Source: a virus
Lineage: Duplodnaviria; Heunggongvirae; Uroviricota; Caudoviricetes
Direction: 5' to 3' (one strand)
DNA: 64,000 nucleotides
IMG/VR virus record: IMGVR_UViG_3300024270_000010
Each line of letters begins with the position of its first letter. The stretch's first letter is position 1. A model generated the notes under the pieces. That model made no database searches and was not told the origin of the DNA. It was given only the letters and a program-made list of their open reading frames with translations. Below, piece after piece: positions 13,690 through 24,386 of this stretch. The position numbers and the translations under genes were made by a program.

Positions 13690-16586
13690 TGGTTTATGAT
13701 AAAAATTTTTTATTAGAGTTAGATAGAGATAAAAACAAAACCATTTATGCTCGTATCACAGCTTTGCGCTTTGATGAATCTCCTATTGAATTTATTGAAG
13801 GTCGTGTAACGCAGGGTTCCATCAATATCGATGGAACCTCTGCCATCAGACGCTCTTGTTCTTTAACCATGGTCGCCGCAGATTTTGATTATCGAAATTA
13901 TTATTGGGGACTGAATACTAAATTCAAGTTAGAAATTGGATTGGAAAATTATATCAATCCTGCCTACCCAAAAGTATGCTGGTTTGATTAGGGTGTCTTT
14001 TTAATTACTCAATTTAATACAAGTCGTAATGCCTCAAGTTTTAATATTTCTGTATCTGGTAAAGATAAGATGTGTTAGCTAAATGGTGAAATTGGTGGTA
14101 ATTTTGAATCTTCTGTTGATTTCGGTCAAATTGAAGAACAAAATCCTGATGGCTCTTGGAAAATTACTAAACTTCCAATTCATCGTATTATTCGCGAAAT
14201 GATTCACCAATACGCCGGAGAGCCTTTTCACAATATTATTATCAATGATTTAGAAGAATATGGTTTAGAGCTTTTAGAGTATCAATACGATGTTCCAATG
14301 TTTTTATACAGACATATTGATTCTCCAATTTATACAAACGCTTTATTAAAAGGTGAAGTCGAATGTAAGGTAGACAGAGTTAATCCAGAAACAAAAGAAG
14401 TAGAGCGAGTATCCATTCAAGTAAAAGATTTAACTAATACAGAATTAGAAATGTTAGTTGATCCATTGACTGGAACACCTAATCCCTCTGAAGTATGGAT
14501 TTGGGACAGTGAAGAAAAGCAAGATATTCCTTATTATTTTGCTAAGATTGAAACTAATTAGACTGCAGGTTATCGAACTACTGAGTTAACTTACCCAGGT
14601 GATTTGATTGCGGCCGCAGGTGAAACAGTTACTTCTGTTTTAGATAAGATCGTAAATATGCTTGGTGAATTCGAGTATTTTTATGATTTATAGGGACAAT
14701 TCATTTTCTAGAAAAAGCGTTCTTTTGTCAATACTTTATGGTCTCCATTGGTTGATAGTAGTTCCGATGATGAGGATGGTTCTTATGATGAACAATATGT
14801 AGAAAGCTTGGCGATTGCTTCCTCTCAAAGTTATGTATTCCATGAAGGAGAGCTAATTACTGCTTTCAATAATAATCCTAATTTGACTAATATGAAAAAT
14901 GATTATTCAATTTGGGGTACTCGTGCTTCCGTTCAAAATACTGAAATTCCAATTCATATGCGCTATGCAATTGATAAGAAACCAACCTTCTACCGCACAT
15001 ATGACGGAAGTAAATTCTTTACAACTGAGAAAAAAACTGATGAAGATTTATATAATGAAATCTTTAGCGAGCTATATGAAGAATTTACTAAAAAGCCAAA
15101 TCCAAATGGATTACCGGAAGATTGGTGGGATATTATGGATTGGGCTGAAAGATATAAAATGCTAAAAGGTTTTTATCCTCCTGGACGTATTGGCCAATAC
15201 TGTTCTGAAGCAGTAAGTAAAAGAATTGATTTAAATTCTTATTTCCCTGCTCCTCCTGAGGATTAGAATTTGAATGATAGTAGAGGTAAATGGAATCATT
15301 ATCGTGACATTTATATCTTTGATGTAGAAAGTGATGGAACTCTTGGATATTATGGACATTATAATGGATGTACTCATTATTATGAATATTTCTTAGAAAG
15401 AGCGTTAGAAGGATTAGGAACTTCTTACATTTATAAGCCAGAAATTCCCGAATCTGAAGGCGGCGATGTAAGTAATATTGTTGTTGATATTATGAAAAAT
15501 CGTGTTTATAATCAAGATTGGCGAGAAATTATTTATCAAATGGCTTTAGACTATTATCAGCATGGTCAAGAAGAAGATTTTGAGCAACGGATTATTGAAA
15601 ATAATTATCCTTATTATCCTACTGGATTGACTGGATATGAATCTTATTATATTGATTTACAAGGCTTTTGGAGACAGTTATATTATCCCATTGAAAGAAC
15701 TGTGCAAGAATACCAAGATGAAAAAGCAAAATTAATGGAAGAGAAAGGGTTCATTGGAAATTTTATTTATACTCCTGAATATATTGAAGAGAACAAAGAA
15801 GCATTATCTAACCTAGATAAGAAATTTGATTATTTCTTCTATGTAAGAAAAGAAAAGGACGAAGAAGGCGTAGTGCATGAGCTAGATCGATTTGGACCTG
15901 AGCAAGAAGAAGATGAAACAGATGACGCTTATGCGGAAAGAATAGACGCATTGTTATTACAATTCCAAGATGCTTTATACGTCACTTTAACTGAAATTGA
16001 AGAGCTTATTGCGAAGTGCGATACAAAAATTGAAGCAGTTGAAGAAGAAAGCTCTTATTATTATACCAAAGATGAACTTTATCCTCATTGGCGTAAAGAT
16101 GTTTATGAATCTCCTTAGAGCTTGAATTTCTGGTTTGACTTTTTAGATACAGATGGAGAACTGGCACAATTCAATGTGTAGAATGTCGGTCGTAGGCCAA
16201 AAGTTGTAAATGATTCAAGTGTAAAATCCATTTATTTTAGAGATACACCGGACATTATTTTTAGAACTGCTGATGAGGGAGAAATAATGACTGGTTATAG
16301 ATACATTTAGGCTCCAATGATTGAGACCATGTTTAAGATTAGTACTCAAGGCAAATCCGCAAAAGATAAGTTAGATGAACTAATTTATACTCATGGATAT
16401 TGCATTGAAAATGCTACAATTACAACTATTCCAATCTATTATTTGGAACCTAATATTCGTGTGCATTTATATGACAACGAAACCAATCTATGCGGAGATT
16501 ATATTATTAGCAAATATACTATTCCATTAGCATATAATGGAACAATGAGTATTACTGCTACTAAAGCCGCAGAAAATATTGTTTAA
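13689..16586 (+). CDS. Baseplate hub/tail protein (~965 aa; TAG read-through)
   Basis: Fragments 13689, 14199, 14748, 15270 and 16317 are in frame and joined by 9 TAG. N-terminal GSINIDGTSAIRRSCSLTM and C-terminal IPIYYLEPN...YIISKYTIPL motifs resemble gut-phage hub proteins. Confidence 0.7.
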
Positions 16587-16602
16587 AAGGAGGACGGACG
16601 AA

Positions 16603-16971
16603 TTGAAAGCTATTAGACAATTTAGATATTATGGATCTGATTTGATTAATAATGAATTTGCCAAAATAAATAATTATCCAAATGATCCTTCTTTCCCAGA
16701 AAGATTGATCGGTGGTAATATTTTTAATGAATATAGCGCAATCACAAAGCTTGGTATTCAAGGTCGTCCAGGTACAATGTTCTATTTGAATGATAGTAAT
16801 TACCCAATCGTCATTGGCGAGACAGGTATTTATGAGATTGATTTAGAAGGTTATGGACAGATTTTCCGTATCAAATTTGACGGTCCTTCATTGAAGTGGT
16901 ACGATGAAGATGGCAAAGGCGACCGTCTTCTAATTGACATTGTATTTGAAGGGTCAGGTGGAAGCGCATGA
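16603..16971 (+). CDS. Small structural/baseplate-associated hypothetical protein (122 aa)
   Basis: TTG start after AAAGGAGG; TGA stop overlaps the next ATG (ATGA). Confidence 0.6.
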   Translation: MKAIRQFRYYGSDLINNEFAKINNYPNDPSFPERLIGGNIFNEYSAITKLGIQGRPGTMFYLNDSNYPIVIGETGIYEIDLEGYGQIFRIKFDGPSLKWYDEDGKGDRLLIDIVFEGSGGSA

Positions 16972-19124
16972 GTTTTTATGGTAGCATATATTACCAATTA
17001 GTTGATGCTTTCAATCGACTATGGTTTAGTAACTAGGGAAAAGACAGCATTATTTTCCCCGGTGAAGATAAATTAGTAAATCCAAATCCTGCTGAGGGTG
17101 TTCCAGAAGATACTTTTGAATATCATTCTCCTGGACGCCAAGGTGTTATCGACTTAAAGTCTGGTAACAGATGGATTGTTTTTACTTAGAATGAAGAAGA
17201 TAAATCTTTCAAGATTTGGCATAGAGAAGCAGATGCCGAGAGTAATGTTCCTGGTAATGGTTTTTATCATGTTCCAAATATGTATTTGGTTGTTTAGCAA
17301 GATGGAGAAAAAATCGAATAGGTTATTGATAGATGTATTCAAGAAACTTCTGACAGAATTGCAGAAGAGGGCGGAACTTTTACTTTAGAAGAGGGCTGTA
17401 GAGTAGTTGTTGAAATTCCAAGCAAAGAAGATAATGTTGATCCTTCTCATGCAATCTATAAATATACTATTGATGGTGAATGGGAAGAGGAATTAGAAGC
17501 AACTCAAGGAATGGTAACCATTCTAAATCCCGATGATTTCTTTGTAACTACTGAATCTTATGCTGTAGATGGAGCAGGACATATGATTCCTGGTACTCGT
17601 CATTTATACAAGATGCCAAAGTCTGATGTTCAAGAAGAAATTGATGCTCTAAAGGCTCGTATGACGAAGAATGAAGAGCACGATGGAGAGCAAGACGACG
17701 ATATTGATCTATTGGAAGAATATGTCGGTGATTGGAATCTATACAGAGGCGCAACCAATGATAAAGGATTTAATTATTGGATGCCGGGTGTCTCTGATGC
17801 CATTGGCGATATGTGTGAATTAATCGCAGGTCACCAAAATACTTTTAATGAAGATGGAAGCGTCAAAGATGTTTGGTCTGACTGGGAAGACCATCGTGAT
17901 GTTAATATTGCTCGTGTTATCGGTAACTTAACACTATTAAGAGAAAGCTTAAAATCTTTTGATAATGCTCATTTTAGAGTTGATGATACTAAAATGAGTG
18001 ATATTAGCTTGATTGATGTTATTTTGTATATTAAAGATAATTTAGTTGCGACAAATACAACAACTCTTACTGGTCATAAAGGAAGACTTGATAACTTAAC
18101 TGACGATATTAATAGATTAACTTCAGATACTTTAGCTTTGACAAAACGTGCAGATGACTTAGAAGCAAAAGATATTGAAATTGAAGCTGATATTGATGCA
18201 ATTAACGATCCTGCTACTGGCATTTTGATTACTGCTAAAAATTATACTGATAGTTTAGCCAATGGCGCTGTAAAAGCAAATACTGATGCCATTGCCGCGA
18301 TTAATGATCCTACTACAGGTATTTTAGCAAATGCTAAGTCTTATACTGATAATTTAGCAAATGGAGCAGTAAAAGATAATACTAATGCTATTACCGCAAT
18401 TAATGATAGTGAAACTGGTATTTTAGCAAAGGCTAATAAGTATACAGATGAATTAGCCAATGGTGCAGTAACAGATAATGCTAATGCTATTATTGCAATT
18501 AATGATGGCGAAACTGGTATTTTAAAATCTGCAAATAATTACACTGATGATGAAATTGATAAATTAGATTATACTGACAGTGCTGCCGATGGACAATATG
18601 TCTATTCTGTAAATGAAACTGATGGTATTATTGCAGTTGAGCATAAAGCTCTTCCTACTTATACTTTAACTTCTGGTAGTACCAATGGTACAGTCGCTTT
18701 CAATGGATCTGATGTAATTGTAAAAGGATTAGGTACTGCTGCTTATTCTAATACAGACGCTTTTGATGCGGCTGGTGCGGCCGCAACTGCCAAGAACGAG
18801 GCAATTGCTGCAGCTAAAACCGAAACTGAAAATCAGATATAGGCATTAACTGAAGGCGCTATTGCAACTGCCAAGAGTGAAGCAATTGCTGAAGCCAAAA
18901 CTGAAACTGAAAACCAAGTAAAAGCATTGGCTGAAGGTGCTGTTGCAGACAACAGTGCAGCAATTGAAGATTTAGAATTATTGCTTCAAAATTACAATGA
19001 ACTGGTTGCGAAGGTAGCTGAGCTAGAAGGCAGAATTGCTGCCCTAGAACCCGCACCCGAAGAACCAGATCCAGAAGAACCAGATCCCACTCCAGGAGAT
19101 GAAGGTTCTGAACCCACTACATAA
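16968..19124 (+). CDS. Coiled-coil tail fibre-like protein (~718 aa; TAG read-through)
   Basis: ATG at 16968; 5 in-frame TAG (17034, 17187, 17295, 17319, 18840); internal 33-aa and 27-aa repeats; acidic Pro-rich tail; TAA stop. Confidence 0.72.
18198..18552 (+). repeat. 99-nt (33-aa) tandem repeat, ~3.6 copies
   Basis: AINDxxTGIL..AxxYTDxLANGAV units start at 18198, 18297, 18396 and 18495. Confidence 0.9.
18783..18944 (+). repeat. 81-nt (27-aa) tandem repeat, 2 copies, spanning an in-frame TAG
   Basis: ATAKNEAIAAAKTETENQI*ALTEGAI / ATAKSEAIAEAKTETENQVKALAEGAV starting at 18783 and 18864. Confidence 0.9.
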
Positions 19125-19187
19125 TTTCTTTCTATTGAGAAATTAATATATATAAGTAAATAATTTTTAGGAAGGAGAGAGATTATA

Positions 19188-20675
19188 TTGGCAAGATACG
19201 TTAAGTTTATGCGAGGTACTCCTACACAGTACGCCGCTTTGGTTGAAAAAGATATTGATACCCTGTATTTTATTGCTGAACCTACTGCTAGTGAAGGTTG
19301 CTTGTACTTAGGTAATAAGTTAATTGCTGGTAATGGCGAAAGCAATAGCGGAGATCTATCTGAATTACTAAGTTTAAACGACTTATCTGATGTCATTGTA
19401 AATTCCTTAGACTTATCTGATGCTTCCTTTCTAATCTACAATCAATCTCAAGGTGCTTGGGTAAATTGTAGTAAAGAAGCATTAGTATTTGTTGGCTCTT
19501 CTTCTTTGTCCGACGGTAAGGCTGGCCTAGTGCCAGCCCCCGCAAAGGGCGAAGAAAATATGTTCTTGCGTGCGGACGGCACTTGGGCCGTTCCTGAAGG
19601 CGCAGGAGCTGCTTCTAATGCTGTTGTTTATCAAGTAACCGCAGAAGCAGATGAGAGCAAGGAGGCCGCAATCGTTCGCATCGTAAATGGTGCTGAATTG
19701 CATAAAAATGATGTAGCAATCGTAAGAGTCTTAATTGCTAATGATATGTATGAGCATACTGCTTATGTATATGACGGTACAAATTGGGCCGCCATGGATG
19801 GCAATTATAACGCTGAAAATGTTTACTTCAAAAGCGATTTTGTATTTACTGAAAATGTAGGTACAGTAAAAATTCCAGAGTCTGGTAATATTGAAGTTCA
19901 GGCCGCAGGTTTGAATGTTGCTGAGTTCTTTAATAAGTTGTTCTCTGAGGTAAAAGATCCAACAATTACCGATGTAGAGTTCACTGTCTCCTGGGATGGA
20001 ACTAAGACTTCTTATGAAGTTGGCACTTCTGTAATTCCTAAGTATACTTCTACTTTCACTCCTGGTAGTTATGAATTTGGCCCTGAAAGTACTGGCGTAA
20101 CTGTTAGTAGTTATAGTGTTGTTGATACCAATAACAATACTGCTAATACAGCTTCTGGCTCCATGCCAGAAATTACCATTACTGATGATACTAAGTATTC
20201 TGTAGCAATTACTGCTACTTATACTGATGGTGTTAAAGCCTATAATAACTTACAGCAAGAAAGCGCAGAATATATCAAGGGTGGTTCCGTAACTAAGGCT
20301 ACTAGTTCTATTATTGGTTATCGCGCTTCTTTTGTTGGTGTTGATAATGGTACTGGAGCTATTGACTCTGCTGTAATTAGAGGTTTAGCTACTTCTTGGA
20401 ATTATAATGCCGGTAAGGTTATTACTGTTGACGCAGAAACTATTAATAATCCTACTCGTATTATTATTGCTATTCCTGCTTCTAATACTCGTAATGGTAT
20501 TAAAGAAATTATTATGCCTGAATCTATGAATTATAATTGCACTGCTGACTATGTACAGCAAGATAATGTTATGGTTGAAGGTGCTAATGGTGCTACCGCT
20601 GCTGAGTATGAAGTTTGGGTTTATGCTCCAAGTAAAATGGGTGTTGATGAAGTCCATAAAATTACTTTGAACTAA
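19188..20675 (+). CDS. Tail fibre/virion adhesin-like protein (495 aa)
   Basis: TTG start after GAAGGAG; N-terminal VKFMRGT...LYFI...LYLG fibre-anchor-like motif; beta/Ig-like C-terminal half. Confidence 0.6.
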   Translation: MARYVKFMRGTPTQYAALVEKDIDTLYFIAEPTASEGCLYLGNKLIAGNGESNSGDLSELLSLNDLSDVIVNSLDLSDASFLIYNQSQGAWVNCSKEALVFVGSSSLSDGKAGLVPAPAKGEENMFLRADGTWAVPEGAGAASNAVVYQVTAEADESKEAAIVRIVNGAELHKNDVAIVRVLIANDMYEHTAYVYDGTNWAAMDGNYNAENVYFKSDFVFTENVGTVKIPESGNIEVQAAGLNVAEFFNKLFSEVKDPTITDVEFTVSWDGTKTSYEVGTSVIPKYTSTFTPGSYEFGPESTGVTVSSYSVVDTNNNTANTASGSMPEITITDDTKYSVAITATYTDGVKAYNNLQQESAEYIKGGSVTKATSSIIGYRASFVGVDNGTGAIDSAVIRGLATSWNYNAGKVITVDAETINNPTRIIIAIPASNTRNGIKEIIMPESMNYNCTADYVQQDNVMVEGANGATAAEYEVWVYAPSKMGVDEVHKITLN

Positions 20676-20689
20676 GGAGGAATTGAAGA

Positions 20690-22111
20690 ATGGCTGTAAT
20701 TAGACAAGATTTTAATGTCATGTACTTGCCTGCTGCTATTCAGAGAAATAATCCAATTCCTCTGGATAGTACTGCCTTATGGTATGACTATGATTTGATG
20801 GCTGCTTATGCAGCTAGTGATCCTACTGCCTATGTAGGTCAGATTTTAAGCTTGGTTGTTGATGATGTAGCTAATGCTTATATTATTACTAACTTAGCTG
20901 GAGATTTAGAAAAAGTTGGCTCTGCTGTTGTTGCTGATAACAAAACTATTGTTTTGGATAATGGCGCAGTAGCTTTCAAAGATTTTGGTAAGCGTTATTA
21001 TAAATATGACGCAGAAACCGAAGAATATACTTTACAGGAAGTTGATGAAAACCATCCTTGGATTGCTGGTCTAGAACCAAAAGTAACTAGTGAAGCCGGT
21101 CAATTGGTATTAGGTTGGTTTGAGCCAAATTCAACTACATTGGAAGGTGTAAATAGTTCTTTAAGCACTTTACAGACTTCTGTAAGTGATTTACAGGGTA
21201 CTGTTGAGAGCTTGGGTATCCAGGTTTCTTTGAATGAGAAGGCTTTAGAGAATGTTTATACTAAAGAAGAGACCTTAGCTGAAATTGCTAAGGCTGGACA
21301 TCTAGTATATAAAAAAGTTGATAGTTTAGATGACATTCAGGCGGATATTGATAATGAAGATGCTAATGTTTCTAATACTATTTACTTAGTTCCTGTTTTA
21401 GAAGGCTTAGTAAATGACGTATATGATGAATATATGGTTATTGATGGTGGGATTGAAAGATTAGGTTCTTGGGAAGTTAATCTTGATAATTATGCCACCA
21501 AGGATGATCTTGATGGAAAAGTTGATAAAGTTGATGGCTATGGACTAATGTCTACAGCTCAGACTGCTAAATTAGCTACCATTGAAGAAGGCGCTCAAAA
21601 GAACGTTATCAATGAAGTTAGTGATGAGTTTGAAATTACTGATGGTAAGTTAAAACTTATCAGCTTACCTGATACTGCTAATATTGCAAATCATACAACT
21701 ATTTTATCTTTACAGTCTGGTATTGACTCTAAAGTCACTATTGTCCCAGGCAAGAGCTTAGTTGATGATACTCTAATTGCAAAGTTAGAGGCAATGAATG
21801 CAGAGGGCGAGAAAAATGTTATCAATGCGGTTGATGAAAATGAATTAGCAATTGATGAAAACCGCACTTTATCTATTGTTTCCGTAAGTGGTTCTAAGAT
21901 TGCTGAATTGGATTTAAATGAAGATTTTAAGAATTTGTCTAATAATGTAGATAGTTTATCTACTGACTTAGCTGCTTTAAATGCTTCTTTACAATCTTTG
22001 GATACAACTTTAACTGCTTATAAGATTGAAGTTTCTCAAACTTATTTAACTAAGTCTGAGTTTGAGGATCGTTTTGCTTGGCATGAGTTATCTGACTTTG
22101 TCACTACTTAA
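20690..22111 (+). CDS. Tail fibre-like structural protein (473 aa)
   Basis: RBS, coiled-coil segments, located among fibre genes. Confidence 0.55.
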   Translation: MAVIRQDFNVMYLPAAIQRNNPIPLDSTALWYDYDLMAAYAASDPTAYVGQILSLVVDDVANAYIITNLAGDLEKVGSAVVADNKTIVLDNGAVAFKDFGKRYYKYDAETEEYTLQEVDENHPWIAGLEPKVTSEAGQLVLGWFEPNSTTLEGVNSSLSTLQTSVSDLQGTVESLGIQVSLNEKALENVYTKEETLAEIAKAGHLVYKKVDSLDDIQADIDNEDANVSNTIYLVPVLEGLVNDVYDEYMVIDGGIERLGSWEVNLDNYATKDDLDGKVDKVDGYGLMSTAQTAKLATIEEGAQKNVINEVSDEFEITDGKLKLISLPDTANIANHTTILSLQSGIDSKVTIVPGKSLVDDTLIAKLEAMNAEGEKNVINAVDENELAIDENRTLSIVSVSGSKIAELDLNEDFKNLSNNVDSLSTDLAALNASLQSLDTTLTAYKIEVSQTYLTKSEFEDRFAWHELSDFVTT

Positions 22112-22131
22112 TATAAGGAGGATTACTAATA

Positions 22132-24261
22132 ATGGCTGATGAAAAATTAAGTTTATTATTTAGAAGAGGTACAATCGACCAGATTTTAGCTGGCGATAAT
22201 ATTGTTCCTGGTGCCGTTTCTTTCTGTACTGATGAGCCTGGTATTTATCTAGATTTAACTACTGATGAAGGCGGCGGTGTTGCTAAGAGAGTCCGTGTCG
22301 GTGATTTCATCTCTGTTGCTAGCTTTGACGATATCAAGGCTGCTGCCGCAGCTGCTACAGATCCTGACAAAGCTTTCTCTGAGCATTGCTTATACTACTC
22401 TATCCAAGAGAATGCTTTGATGAAGTACAAGAAGAGCGAAAAGACTTTTGTACTTATCAATGATTTAAGTGATGTAAATGCTGATATTGCGGCCCTTGAT
22501 GTTAGAATTACTACTAATGAGGGCTATATTAAGACCTTGCAAACTAATTTAGCTACTGAGACTACTCGTGCTACTAACGCTGAAGCCGCCCTAAGAAATC
22601 GTATTGATGCTTTAACTGGCGGTGGAGATGGCTCTACTGATTCTTTAACCCAATTAAGAGCAGATTTAAATGCTGAAATTGAGGCTAGAGAAGATGGCGA
22701 TGAGGCTTTACAAGGCAGTATTACCACTCTAAGTGGACGTGTTAGTACCAATGAGGGTGATATCTCTAACTTAAAGACTTTGTTTGGTCAATTACCAGAT
22801 GGAGTTGCTACTAACATTGTTGATTATGTAAATGCTAAGGTTCTTGCAGAGCAGGAACGTGCAACTGGTATTGAAAATGGCTTACGTACCGATGTAGATA
22901 AGAATACTGGTAATATCAGTACCTTAACAACTGGTTTGACTGATGAAGCTGCTCGTGCTAAGGCTGCTGAGCAAGCTAATGCGACTGCTGCTGCTAATGC
23001 TCAGTCTAAGGCTGATGAAGCTGCCACAGCTGCCGCCAATGAAGCTTCTCGTGCTATTGGAGTTGAAGGCAAGTTAAGAACACTTATTACTAACCTAACT
23101 AATACTCACACTACTGATAAGAATGCTTTAGAGCAGTCTATTACTGGTTTAACTAGTAGCTTAGCTGCCACTACTGGTATTGCTAACGATGCTAAGACTC
23201 AGTCTGACACTAATAAAGCTGGTTTAGCTCAAGAATTGGTAGACCGTGCCACTGGCGATCAAGCTAATGCTGATGCTATTGAAGCCTTGGATGGCGAATT
23301 GGCCGAAGAAGTCGAAAGACTGGAAGGTTTGATTGGTGAGGCTGGCTCTAGTGCTGATGCTGTTCGGTTGAATTTGAATAAAGAAATTGCAGACCGTCAA
23401 GCAGCTGATCAGGCTAATGCTCAAGCTATCGCTAATGTCGATACTGCTTTAGAACAGGAAAAGACAGCTCGTACTAATGCCGATACTGAGTTAGACGGAA
23501 AGATTACTACTGTTTCTAATGGTTTGGCTGCAACTGATGGTAAAGTTTCTACTTTAGAAAATTGGAAGACAACTGCTTCAAAACAAATTAAAGATTTAGA
23601 GGATTGGGCAACTGATACTGATGACACAATTCAGCAGGAAGCTCAAGCCCGTCAGACTGCTATCAATAATTTAAACAATGCTTTGACTTCTGAAACTGAG
23701 GCTCGTGAGAAGAGAGACGAAGAGTTAACTAATTTAATTAGTGCTGAAACCAAGGATCGTGAAGATGCTATTGCCGATGCTTTAACTCAGGCTGCTAATA
23801 CTGCTGACGAAAAAGACCAGGCTTTGCTAGATCTGATTAATGAGAATATGGCTGCCGCAAACTCCATGTCCTTCAAGGGTAGCGTAACCGGTTATGACAG
23901 CTTACCTGCTTCTGGAATCCAGGCTGGTGACACTTACGTTGTAACTACTGCTTTTAGTAACGCTGAAACTGAGCCTCAGATTGGTGACTTATTGGTTGCT
24001 AGAGATGATCAGGCAGACGGTGCTACTTTAGCTGATGCTAATGCTAAGAAGGATTTCTTCATCTGGGTTAAGACTGGTTATTCTACTTTCAATGATCCTG
24101 AATTGGTTGTTGAAGATGCCAAGATCAAGATGAAGAGCCATTTAGGTGAAGTTTTAGGAACTGTTTCTGTTATTTCTGCTAGCGAGAATATTGTAACTAA
24201 TATTTCTGGCGAAGGAAAAGACTGCACCGTAAATGTTAGCTTCGTATGGGGAACATTCTAA
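22132..24261 (+). CDS. Long trimeric coiled-coil fibre protein (709 aa)
   Basis: N-terminal FRRGT...PGAVSFCTD anchor-like motif; repeated ExxxRxxAD heptad motifs. Confidence 0.65.
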   Translation: MADEKLSLLFRRGTIDQILAGDNIVPGAVSFCTDEPGIYLDLTTDEGGGVAKRVRVGDFISVASFDDIKAAAAAATDPDKAFSEHCLYYSIQENALMKYKKSEKTFVLINDLSDVNADIAALDVRITTNEGYIKTLQTNLATETTRATNAEAALRNRIDALTGGGDGSTDSLTQLRADLNAEIEAREDGDEALQGSITTLSGRVSTNEGDISNLKTLFGQLPDGVATNIVDYVNAKVLAEQERATGIENGLRTDVDKNTGNISTLTTGLTDEAARAKAAEQANATAAANAQSKADEAATAAANEASRAIGVEGKLRTLITNLTNTHTTDKNALEQSITGLTSSLAATTGIANDAKTQSDTNKAGLAQELVDRATGDQANADAIEALDGELAEEVERLEGLIGEAGSSADAVRLNLNKEIADRQAADQANAQAIANVDTALEQEKTARTNADTELDGKITTVSNGLAATDGKVSTLENWKTTASKQIKDLEDWATDTDDTIQQEAQARQTAINNLNNALTSETEAREKRDEELTNLISAETKDREDAIADALTQAANTADEKDQALLDLINENMAAANSMSFKGSVTGYDSLPASGIQAGDTYVVTTAFSNAETEPQIGDLLVARDDQADGATLADANAKKDFFIWVKTGYSTFNDPELVVEDAKIKMKSHLGEVLGTVSVISASENIVTNISGEGKDCTVNVSFVWGTF

Positions 24262-24264
24262 TTC

Positions 24265-24300
24265 GGACAGAAAAGGACAATAAATAAGTTGTTATTTTCA
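24265..24300 (+). promoter_or_regulatory. Tripartite motif, copy 2 (candidate late promoter)
   Basis: GGAC-N10-AAT-N13-TTTTCA. Confidence 0.6.
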
Positions 24301-24322
24301 AATCCTTATGAAGGATGATTAT

Positions 24323-24360
24323 ATGGAGAGGATAATATAATTATCCTCTCCATTTTTTTT
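24323..24360 (+). terminator. Terminator-like hairpin in the leader of the giant gene
   Basis: ATGGAGAGGATAAT-ATA-ATTATCCTCTCCAT 14-bp stem followed by a T-run. Confidence 0.75.
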
Positions 24361-24386
24361 ATATTTGGATAGAAAGGAGAGCAACA

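Noticed and set aside
3-19124. Fragmented tail ORFs interpreted as pseudogenes or a decayed prophage
   Set aside because: Every break is a TAG with in-frame continuation; there are no frameshifts or TAA/TGA breaks, which decay would produce
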